A stretch of DNA of 63,968 bases, the filler included. It is 9 parts of 9 records of this genome, joined end to end, with 100 filler letters (N's around TTAATTAATTAA, not from the genome) between each part and the next. Parts side by side here need not be neighbours in the genome. Positions count along the whole stretch, not along the records: positions 49,753 to 58,811 come from SRR31156797_16408; positions 58,912 to 63,968 come from SRR31156797_16755; 7 more parts are not named here. One strand, given 5' to 3'. A program made the translations under genes and the position numbers. The notes below the pieces were generated by a model. That model did not search any database. It worked only from the letters and a program-made list of their open reading frames with translations, and was not told the DNA's origin. Positions 52,625 to 60,847 of this stretch are shown here, one piece after another (positions within the stretch are counted from its first letter, which is position 1; each line of letters opens with the position of its first letter).

Positions 52625-53689
52625 ATGAGCGACGATGTTTATCAAAAACTGGCTGAACACCTGGATACTCTGCCGCAGAGATATCCCGTCAACACCGGCA
52701 CAGGGTTGGAACTGAAAGTGCTCCGGCATATCTTTACGCCAGAAGAGGCTGAAATGGCCGCCCAACTCAAACCGGCCCCCGAAACAGCGACGGATATTGC
52801 CGCGCGGTTAGGAAAGGATCCCGAGGAGACTGAAGCCTTTCTCATGGAAATGTCCAAGAAGGGACAGATCATGCGTACAGGCAAACCCGGCGCCCACAAG
52901 TTCATGGCCATGGCGTTCATGGTCGGCGTCATGGAATTTCAGCTCAACCGCTTCACCAAGGAAATGGTCGAGGATATTGAAGCTTTTGAACAAATTCTTA
53001 TGGAACAGACCTGGATGAAGGGCAAAACCCGGGAACTCAGGACTATTCCGATTGAGAAAACAGTTGAAAATAATACCGAAGTCATGCCGTACGAAAGCGC
53101 TGAATCAATTATCAAATCCAGTAAATACATATCCGTGGCCGACTGCATGTGTCGCAAAATGAGTGAAGTAAAAGGCGAACCCTGCGACCGCCCCATGGAA
53201 GTATGCATGCAATTCGGAGGCGGTACTCATTTTTATGTTGATAACGGACTGGGGCGCCGTATCGACCAGGAAGAAGCTCTGGCCATTTTGAAAAAAGCCA
53301 TTGACTCGGCCCTGGTCATACAGGCCGGCTCGCCCCAGAACCCCGGCGGAATGTGCATGTGCTGCGGCTGCTGTTGCAAGCCGTTGAAAACATATCGCAA
53401 AATGGACAAGCCCGCCCAATACGCCAATAGTAATTACTATGCCGTAGTCGATGAAGACGCCTGCACCGCCTGCGGGATCTGTGAAGAGCGCTGCCAGATG
53501 GACGCCATTACCGTGGATGATTTTTCACAGGTAAACCTGGATCGATGTATCGGATGCGGTCTCTGCGTGGTCACTTGCGAATTCGACGCCATCCGGCTCA
53601 AGAAAAAAGACGAGGAACACCAGTGGGTTCCCCAGCCGGATTATATGACCGCGGTCATGGATATTTACAAGGAACGGCGAGAAGAGTAG
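52625..53689 (+). CDS. Cys-rich 4Fe-4S protein (wHTH-like N-terminus, CMCCGCCC cluster, 2x[4Fe-4S] ferredoxin C-terminus)
   Basis: CTACGICEERC and CIGCGLCVVTC motifs. Confidence 0.88.
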   Translation: MSDDVYQKLAEHLDTLPQRYPVNTGTGLELKVLRHIFTPEEAEMAAQLKPAPETATDIAARLGKDPEETEAFLMEMSKKGQIMRTGKPGAHKFMAMAFMVGVMEFQLNRFTKEMVEDIEAFEQILMEQTWMKGKTRELRTIPIEKTVENNTEVMPYESAESIIKSSKYISVADCMCRKMSEVKGEPCDRPMEVCMQFGGGTHFYVDNGLGRRIDQEEALAILKKAIDSALVIQAGSPQNPGGMCMCCGCCCKPLKTYRKMDKPAQYANSNYYAVVDEDACTACGICEERCQMDAITVDDFSQVNLDRCIGCGLCVVTCEFDAIRLKKKDEEHQWVPQPDYMTAVMDIYKERREE

Positions 53690-53738
53690 TCGCCGCCGTG
53701 GGCCCGGATAGCTGTTCTCCGGAGTAATGCGACCTATA

Positions 53739-53779
53739 CTCTCGCTCCCGGGCAAATCCCGGGGACGAGGTTTGTTGTT
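53739..53779 (+). terminator. Probable terminator after the Fe-S gene
   Basis: CTCGCTCCCGGG-CAAAT-CCCGGGGACGAG followed by GTTTGTTGTT. Confidence 0.55.
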
Positions 53780-53978
53780 AATTTAATTGATAAAATCTCG
53801 TTACAAGGCTCTGCCTCGTAACGCCTTGTCCTGGCGGCTTCGCCGCCTCTTTATATTTCTGATGTTCAAATGCGTTTGCCTCGGCGCGCCCGACAAATTC
53901 CATTGACAACCTTTATGGCCTGTGAAATATAATTGGCGATTTTGAAATTTGTATTGGAAATGGAACTTTCTAAACGAC

Positions 53979-54881
53979 ATGAGCAATATTCTGGAAGATG
54001 CGGTTCAACCTGAAGCCTGGTATAAAAAGCTTCCCCGCCCAATGTATTCCAAGCTGGAAAAAATTGACATCGGCCAACCCTGGTTTGAAGTATATCGGCT
54101 CCCCAGGGATGTGTTCGCTCTATACGAGCCGGGCCATTTTCAGGAAGTTATTTCCTACCTGGTCATCGGTGAAAAAAAGGCCCTTCTCTGGGACACGGGC
54201 ATGGGAATCGATAACATTCGAACGGCCGCTGAAAAACTGACCGACAAGCCTCTTATCGTGGTTAACAGCCACACTCATTTCGATCACATCGGCGACAATC
54301 ACCGGTTCGACATGGTGTATGTTTTTGACTATCCCGCAGCCATAAAGAGACTCTCGGCCGGCATGTCCGTTGACGAGCTAAAGGTGCACTTGCGCGGCGA
54401 TTCCATCCGGCCGCCGGCGCCGCCTGAATTCGATCGGGACGACTATCACATTCCGCCCTGCCGTTTCACACCCATACATGACGGTCATGTTTTCGATCTG
54501 GGAGGACGCGGCCTGGAAGCCATTCACACTCCGGGACATTCGCCCGACAGCATCATGTTGCTTGACCGGGAAAATCGGCTCTTGTTCACGGGCGACACCT
54601 TTTATCCGGCAACCTTGTACGCTCACCTGGACGGATCTGAATTCAAAACCTACCGGCTAACCATGGAAAGGCTCGCCGCCATGGCCGGAGAGGTGGATCA
54701 TATACTCACTTCGCACAATGAGCCGCTTCGATCAATGGATGATATCGTTCGGACGGCCGAAGCTTTTCAGGCCATTCTGGACGGTCAAGCCGATTACACC
54801 CTGGATCGTCAGGGGCTGCGCCTTTATGAGTTCCAGGGCTTTGCCATTGTCACGCCCGACGACGACAAAAATCTTGTCTGA
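53979..54881 (+). CDS. MBL-fold metallohydrolase
   Basis: DTGMG, NSHTHFDHIG, HTPGHSPD, FTGD. Confidence 0.9.
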   Translation: MSNILEDAVQPEAWYKKLPRPMYSKLEKIDIGQPWFEVYRLPRDVFALYEPGHFQEVISYLVIGEKKALLWDTGMGIDNIRTAAEKLTDKPLIVVNSHTHFDHIGDNHRFDMVYVFDYPAAIKRLSAGMSVDELKVHLRGDSIRPPAPPEFDRDDYHIPPCRFTPIHDGHVFDLGGRGLEAIHTPGHSPDSIMLLDRENRLLFTGDTFYPATLYAHLDGSEFKTYRLTMERLAAMAGEVDHILTSHNEPLRSMDDIVRTAEAFQAILDGQADYTLDRQGLRLYEFQGFAIVTPDDDKNLV

Positions 54882-54953
54882 TCGAAAAGTTTGAATAAAC
54901 GATCCCGGCGTCTTGAAGGCGGAGGGATACGTATATAATCAGGAGGAACTATA

Positions 54954-55718
54954 ATGAAACATTTTCGTATCTTAACCATTTTGACTGCATTGGTCTTCAC
55001 TCTGGCTCTCATGGCCGCCCCGGCCCTGGCCGCCGAAAAGGGCGGTTTGGCCGCCGTCAAGGCCGCCGGCGTGATCAAGGTCGGCAACAGCCCGGACTAT
55101 CCGCCTTTCGAAACCATTGACGACAACGGTAAACGCGTCGGCTTCGACATCGACCTGATGAACGCCATCGCCAAAATCATAGGCGTCAAGGTGAAATGGG
55201 TCACCCTGGACTTTGGCGCCATCGTAACTGCGGTCCAGAGCGGCCAGGTGGATATCGGCATGTCCGGGTTTTCCATCACCGAAGAACGTAAGCAGCAGGT
55301 TAATTTCACCGATCCGTATTTCATCAGCGGGCAGGTCGTGATCAGCACGCCCGACAGCAAGGTCAAAACCCAGGCCGATCTCAACGGCGCCAGCATCGCT
55401 GTTGGTCTGGGCACCACGGGACAAAAAGCGGCGGAAAAGATCGAAGGGGCCAAACTGGTCTTCCCCGACGATTACAATGTGGCTTTTGTCATGCTCAAGA
55501 ACCAGGGTGTGGACGCCGTGGTGGCCGATATTGCAGTGGCCGAGCAATACATTAAACAGGGTGGTTTTGTCCAGATAGGCAAACCCCTGACCTACGAAGA
55601 AACAGCCATTATCGTAGAGAAAGTCGATAACGACATCGTCAAGGCGCTCAACGAAGCCTTGAAAAAAATCAAGGCAAGCGGTGAATACGACAAACTCGTC
55701 GCCAAGTGGAAACTGTAA
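54954..55718 (+). CDS. Polar amino-acid ABC transporter substrate-binding protein
   Basis: DYPPFE, GFDIDL, ITEERKQQVNFTDPY, KASGEYDKLVAKW. Confidence 0.93.
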   Translation: MKHFRILTILTALVFTLALMAAPALAAEKGGLAAVKAAGVIKVGNSPDYPPFETIDDNGKRVGFDIDLMNAIAKIIGVKVKWVTLDFGAIVTAVQSGQVDIGMSGFSITEERKQQVNFTDPYFISGQVVISTPDSKVKTQADLNGASIAVGLGTTGQKAAEKIEGAKLVFPDDYNVAFVMLKNQGVDAVVADIAVAEQYIKQGGFVQIGKPLTYEETAIIVEKVDNDIVKALNEALKKIKASGEYDKLVAKWKL

Positions 55719-55832
55719 TAATAATTTTTTAATCACATGGGGAGGCCGGGCCGTAAAGCCGGCCTCTTAAAAAAAATGTTCCAAACCGCCCGCTGTCAAC
55801 CCGCGGGCGTTTACGGTTGCAGGGGAAAGGTT

Positions 55833-56504
55833 TTGGATTTCCTACTTGTTTTCAAACATAAATGGCTCATGGCCAAGGGCGCGCTGGTCAGTCTGGAAGT
55901 AGCCGCCGGGGCCATCAGCATAGGCCTGGTTCTGGGCATTATCTTTGGCGTGGCCACATTATCTTCAAACCGGCTCGTACGTATGGCCGCCGGCGTCTAC
56001 ATTACGGTCATTCGCGGCACGCCCCTGCTACTGCAAATTTTCTTTCTTTTCCTGGGCGGCCCCCAGCTTTTCAGGCTGATCACCGGCCACAGCATATCTC
56101 CGGATCCGCTTGTGACCGGCATCCTGGCCCTGGGCCTGAACAGCGGCGCGTACACGGCCGAGATAATCAGGGCCGGCATCCAGTCCATAGACCCGGGCCA
56201 GACCGAAGGCGCCTTGTCCCTTGGGCTGAAAAAAATGCAGGTTATGCGTTATGTCATCCTGCCCCAGGCTCTCCGCCGCATGGTGCCTCCTCTGGGCAAC
56301 GAATTGATCGTTATGCTCAAGGATTCCTCGCTCATTTCCGCTATCGGCGTGTACGACCTGATGTTCACGGCCAAGCTGCTGGGCGCCAAATACTACACTT
56401 ATGTGCCTTTCCTGATGGGGGCGGCAGTTATATACCTGATAATGACGATGATGATTCAGAGGGCAATGAAATACCTGGAAAGGAGATGGCCGGTCCGGGT
56501 CTAG
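55833..56504 (+). CDS. Polar amino-acid ABC transporter permease
   Basis: RGTPLLLQ, AYTAEIIRAGI, ILPQALRR, LKDSSL; TTG 55833 with purine-rich RBS. Confidence 0.93.
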   Translation: MDFLLVFKHKWLMAKGALVSLEVAAGAISIGLVLGIIFGVATLSSNRLVRMAAGVYITVIRGTPLLLQIFFLFLGGPQLFRLITGHSISPDPLVTGILALGLNSGAYTAEIIRAGIQSIDPGQTEGALSLGLKKMQVMRYVILPQALRRMVPPLGNELIVMLKDSSLISAIGVYDLMFTAKLLGAKYYTYVPFLMGAAVIYLIMTMMIQRAMKYLERRWPVRV

Positions 56505-56604
56505 CCTTTCCCTGCGCCAAAACGGGCTTCCCTTGGAACGAGAAGCCCGATAAACCCAATACCCTGCAAACAAGAATATTTCGGCGCCCCGACGGGCGCC
56601 GTTT

Positions 56605-57096
56605 TTAATCCAGATTAAGCTCCGCCTTGCATTTATTGCATCTAACGACGCCGCGAAAGACCTTGTTCCCGCATTCAGGGCAGATATAGCGGGCCTCTTC
56701 ATCCTGAATCCATTTTTCCGTTCCAACCTCACGCCAGTAAGGAATAGCCCTTAATACCACCTTTTTGCCGACAGCCATGGGAAAATCGTCTATAAATTTG
56801 CATGGAAAATCATCGCACTCATGGCACCCCGCATAGCCTTTTTCCTTTATGCAGTCGCGTATGTCGCACTGTCGGCAATGCATAAAAAGATCATCCGACA
56901 GGCATCCGCCGCACCGGATATCGTCCGTCGTAAGGTTTTCACAGTTGGGCAGGATTCCCTTGCCTTCAATGTTGCCTTTATACAGATTAACCAGGCGTTC
57001 CTTGAATTTTTGATTGTTGTCTCTGTAAGCGATATGTATTGCGCAAACCCCGCAATACAATCCGCACGGGGCGACAAAGTTCGGATTTATCTCCAT
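56605..57096 (-). CDS. DUF3795-family Cys-rich protein with C-terminal zinc ribbon
   Basis: APCGLYCGVC, CGGC, CHECDDFPC, CPECG...CNKC. Confidence 0.82.
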   Translation of the reverse strand: MEINPNFVAPCGLYCGVCAIHIAYRDNNQKFKERLVNLYKGNIEGKGILPNCENLTTDDIRCGGCLSDDLFMHCRQCDIRDCIKEKGYAGCHECDDFPCKFIDDFPMAVGKKVVLRAIPYWREVGTEKWIQDEEARYICPECGNKVFRGVVRCNKCKAELNLD

Positions 57097-57119
57097 TAAC
57101 TAAATCCTCCAACTATCTC

Positions 57120-58202
57120 TCATTTCCTCATCCTTATGGGCGTCAAATCCTTTTCCCTCATTCCCGCGATTTCCATCAGCATGTGCAGTCCCGTTTCCGG
57201 GGGAACATTCAGTTTTTCGCCTGTTTTAACCTGCAAACCAATAGCTTCGGTCGGGCAGGTCGTGACGCACAGGCCGCAGCCGATACATCGGTCCAGGTCG
57301 ATCTCGGCCGCTTCCTCCACTTTTATTGCTTCCATCTGGCAACGTTCCACACAAACTTCGCAGGCAGTGCATTCATCTATATTTACAACCGCATAATAAT
57401 TGGATGTTACCATATCCACTGGTTTCGGATACTTTTTAATAGCCCGCAAAGCGGCGCAGCAATCACCGCAGCAATTGCACATGCCGCCCGGGTTTTGAGC
57501 TCCGGCGGGCTGAACCACAAGCCCGGCTTCGTGGCTCAATTTTAAAATTTCCATGGCTTCATCCAGGTCAACTTCCCGCCCCATGTTATTGTCAATGTAA
57601 TACTGCCCGGCCGCGCCGAAAACAAAGCAAACCTCTTTAGGCTTCCCGCAGTGTTGGTCGATCAGGTCTTGTTGAACCTGGCAAATGCAATCGGCGGCCA
57701 CAATCCTTTTTTGCTTGCGAAGTATTTCAACCGCATCGTCATAGGTGGCAATGGCGGAATCAGTTTCGATGGAAAGATTTATCGGGACAGGCCTTAACAG
57801 GGGAGTATACCCGGCGACCGACTTATAGTATTCTTCATGCAGATAATCTTCAAAATACCGGGCGAACTCCTTGTCCATTCCGCCCACCTGGTATTCGTAG
57901 ATGCCCAGCACAAAAGGAGCGGCGCCGTACCTGGCCAGGCTTTCCTTGCGATGCCTGAACAGCAGGCCCTTGGAAGCCATTTGCTCCAGTAGTAACGCGG
58001 TTGATCCTGCATCTTTTCCTGTTCTTTCGGCCACGGTTTCCGCTGTTTCAAGTGAAAGACTCAGATTCAGGAACAGTTCCGCCTCCTCCTCGGTAAACAG
58101 TTTTTCCAGCATTTTCAATTCCACGCCCGAGGATGTTTTGGGATAACCCACCGACCATTGGTCCAATTGTTCCTGCAACTGCCTGTAAATGCCTGATGAC
58201 AT
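57120..58202 (-). CDS. Cys-rich 4Fe-4S protein, paralog of 52625-53689
   Basis: QNPGGMCNCCGDCC, CTACEVCVERC, CIGCGLCVTTC. Confidence 0.88.
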   Translation of the reverse strand: MSSGIYRQLQEQLDQWSVGYPKTSSGVELKMLEKLFTEEEAELFLNLSLSLETAETVAERTGKDAGSTALLLEQMASKGLLFRHRKESLARYGAAPFVLGIYEYQVGGMDKEFARYFEDYLHEEYYKSVAGYTPLLRPVPINLSIETDSAIATYDDAVEILRKQKRIVAADCICQVQQDLIDQHCGKPKEVCFVFGAAGQYYIDNNMGREVDLDEAMEILKLSHEAGLVVQPAGAQNPGGMCNCCGDCCAALRAIKKYPKPVDMVTSNYYAVVNIDECTACEVCVERCQMEAIKVEEAAEIDLDRCIGCGLCVTTCPTEAIGLQVKTGEKLNVPPETGLHMLMEIAGMREKDLTPIRMRK

Positions 58203-58218
58203 GCTGCCTCCTTATTTC

Positions 58219-58811
58219 TTACTTGATTTGGGGATCGGATATTATCCGGTATTCGCCGTTATGCTTGAGGTTTCTTAAAAACTCAATGAAATCAAAATCG
58301 GCTTCCGGCAAAGATTTGTAGATGGCGGAGATGCGCCCCAATTCGTCCAGTTCTTTTAAATAGTGCTTCAATGTTGTCGGGGATTCGACGCCGTCCTCCC
58401 GAGAAACGAATATAGGCCTGTTTGGATCAACCCAGCCTTCTTTCAAATGAGCCGCCAATATACTGTTGCAGCGGCAACGGTTGGAATCATGAAAAAGACC
58501 ACAGTGTTTTTCCATAAAAGCCAGAATGCGGGACCTGGCTCTTGATAAACGCTTCCGGTATGCCGCCGGCTTGATTTCAAGTATTTCAGCCCCCTCCCTG
58601 CTGGAAACCTCCATGACCACGCCTAAAATAAAAGCCATGCGGTGCGCCCGGTCCAGGGACAAAAGCATGGCGTGAGTGCAAACGGATCTCATTTCAACTT
58701 CAAGATAAGGCTCCGGCGCTTCCAGAGGCTTGGAAAACCAGCCTCTGGATTCAACCCGATCCATTATTTCATCCAGGTTTTCCACGGCGGATATTTTCTT
58801 TTCTGCATATG
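58219..58811 (-). CDS. ECF sigma factor with Cys-containing C-terminal extension (5'-truncated)
   Basis: Sigma4 HRMAFILG...EGAEILEIKPAAYRKRLSRAR followed by HCGL...RCRC. Confidence 0.78.
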
Positions 58812-58911
58812 NNNNNNNNNNNNNNNNNNNNNNNNNNNNNNNNNNNNNNNNNNNNTTAATTAATTAANNNNNNNNNNNNNNNNNNNNNNNNNNNNNNNNN
58901 NNNNNNNNNNN
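58812..58911. other. Artificial contig spacer
   Basis: N-run + TTAATTAATTAA + N-run. Confidence 0.99.
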
Positions 58912-59007
58912 ATGGAAAGACAATAATACTCATATAGGGCCTATAAATCAATTTTATAGGTTTTTGTACATATTTATAAAAAAAAGAGCATAAAAAAATT
59001 GCCTATT

Positions 59008-59052
59008 GTGTTCGTTTGTGGTAAAAAGTGGAGTAACTTGTATATAAAGTGG
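59008..59052 (+). promoter_or_regulatory. MraZ-binding direct repeats
   Basis: GTGT/GTGG/GTGG/TTGT/GTGG at 59008, 59018, 59028, 59038 and 59049 (about 10-bp period). Confidence 0.8.
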
Positions 59053-59058
59053 TAAAAG

Positions 59059-59544
59059 ATGTTAAAAGAAATCCTCTTTCATGGCAGAAAAGATTACAAG
59101 CTGGACGCAAAGGGAAGAATGCCGTTTCCATCTATCTGGTATTCTTCACTTGGGCTTGATAGTTCCAGCAGTGTTGTTATTGCAAGAGGTATGTCTCCAA
59201 ATGAAAAGTATCTTGAAATCTTTTCAAATGATTCATGGCATAAGAAGATGAAGTTGATCGAAAGCTTTCCGGAAGGGGAAGTGAAAAATAAATTTATAAG
59301 GTGGTATGTAGCTACAGCTGAGACTGTTGAACTGGATAATCACAACAGGATCAGACTTCCCAAAACTTTGATCGAACATTGTGAGATAATAAAGGAAGTC
59401 GCTCTTGTCGGAAGTATTGAGACCATTCAGATATGGCCGAAAGAGATACTGGATGCTACTGAAGGAGTCGATAAAGGCGAATTCGATATGGTCTTTGATT
59501 TCATGAACAAAGCAAGAGTCAACAGGGAGGGTAGCAGCGAATGA
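59059..59544 (+). CDS. mraZ: Division/cell-wall cluster repressor MraZ
   Basis: LDAKGRMPFP and LDNHNRIRLP (DxxxR) motifs; first gene of the dcw cluster. Confidence 0.9.
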   Translation: MLKEILFHGRKDYKLDAKGRMPFPSIWYSSLGLDSSSSVVIARGMSPNEKYLEIFSNDSWHKKMKLIESFPEGEVKNKFIRWYVATAETVELDNHNRIRLPKTLIEHCEIIKEVALVGSIETIQIWPKEILDATEGVDKGEFDMVFDFMNKARVNREGSSE

Positions 59545-60458
59545 CATTTTCACATGAACCAGTAATGTTAAATGAGGTTCTTGAGAACGTTTTTTGCCAA
59601 AGCCCTAATCTTTATCTTGATCTTACCTCCGGTGGTGGTGGTCATGCTCAAGCATTCATAAATAAGTATTCAGATGTTAAAGCTGTCCTTCTTGACCGTG
59701 ACGGTGATGCCATTACACATCTTAAAGAAAAGTTCGCCGATAAGGACAGGGTGGATGTAGTTAGGTCAAAATTTAGCGATCTTGATAAAGCTCTTTTTCT
59801 TCTTCAGTCTGAAACTCCTGACATTATCTTTGCAGATCTGGGAGTAAGCAGTCATCAGCTTGATGCAGGAGAGAGAGGCTTTTCAATAATGAATGATGGT
59901 CCTTTCGATATGAGAATGGATCGTAGACAGGAAAGTTCGGCACTTGATTTTGTTAAAAATACACCTGCTGCTGAAATACAGAGAATATTAAGTGTATATG
60001 CGCAGGAAAGAGAAGCCGGCAAGATCTCAAGAGTGCTTAAAAGTTGTATCGAAGAAGGGCTTGACACTACTTCACAGATCGCAAGCAGGATCAGATCTGC
60101 AAAAAGATATGGAAAGAAAGGCCTGGATCCGGCTACTTTGGTCTTTATGGCAATTAGAATGGCTGTAAATGATGAGATCGGGGAAATTGAAAAGATGCTT
60201 AGGAAAGCTTTTGTAGCTCTTTCTGATAAAGGAGTTCTTGGAATTATTACTTTTCATTCAACTGAAGACAGGGTTGTTAAGAATTTCTTTCGTGACAGAA
60301 AACAGGGAGTCCCTTTTTATAGTGATGCAGATGAAATGGCACCGTTTAAGTATGGAAAAGTGGAAACCAGCAAGGTTATTCTGCCATCAAAAGAGGAGAT
60401 CTCATTAAATCCTAGAGCCAGAAGCGCTAAACTTAGAGTTTTGAGGAAGATTATTTAA
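59541..60458 (+). CDS. rsmH: 16S rRNA m4C1402 methyltransferase
   Basis: HEPVMLNEV, GGGH, DLGVSSHQLD, DMRMD, ITFHSTEDR, NPRARSAKLR. Confidence 0.96.
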   Translation: MTFSHEPVMLNEVLENVFCQSPNLYLDLTSGGGGHAQAFINKYSDVKAVLLDRDGDAITHLKEKFADKDRVDVVRSKFSDLDKALFLLQSETPDIIFADLGVSSHQLDAGERGFSIMNDGPFDMRMDRRQESSALDFVKNTPAAEIQRILSVYAQEREAGKISRVLKSCIEEGLDTTSQIASRIRSAKRYGKKGLDPATLVFMAIRMAVNDEIGEIEKMLRKAFVALSDKGVLGIITFHSTEDRVVKNFFRDRKQGVPFYSDADEMAPFKYGKVETSKVILPSKEEISLNPRARSAKLRVLRKII

Positions 60459-60475
60459 TATATAGAGGTGTTATC

Positions 60476-60832
60476 ATGACAGGTTATGTTCACGTAAACG
60501 GCGAAAGAGGCGAAAAGGTTAAAAAAGCTATTTTCAGCGTAAGAAAAACAAAAACAAAGATGTTACTGTTTACAAAAGACACAATTGTTTTTATTATGTT
60601 GGTGCTTTTTGCCGGATCATTGATGCTTGTTGATAGTTACCTCAAAGCATATAGGAATACTCAGAATGTTGAGGTCATCAGAAAGCTTGATGCTAAAAAA
60701 GAACTTGGTTTCAGACAGAATGAGATCAAAGCTACATATAATGAGCTTATCTCTTCAAAGGAACTAATGAAAAGAGCTGGTGAGCTTGGCCTTACGGTTG
60801 CTACATCTGATAGAGTTATCAGGCTCAAATAA
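60476..60832 (+). CDS. ftsL: Cell division protein FtsL-like
   Basis: Single TM plus coiled coil between rsmH and ftsI. Confidence 0.72.
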   Translation: MTGYVHVNGERGEKVKKAIFSVRKTKTKMLLFTKDTIVFIMLVLFAGSLMLVDSYLKAYRNTQNVEVIRKLDAKKELGFRQNEIKATYNELISSKELMKRAGELGLTVATSDRVIRLK

Positions 60833-60847
60833 AATGGAGAGAGTTGA

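Noticed and set aside
54972-56732. Long ORFs overlapping the amino-acid ABC genes
   Set aside because: Shadow frames with no domain signal.
50752-58202. Selenocysteine recoding in the Mo and Fe-S proteins
   Set aside because: All Cys motifs are encoded normally and no in-frame TGA interrupts these ORFs.
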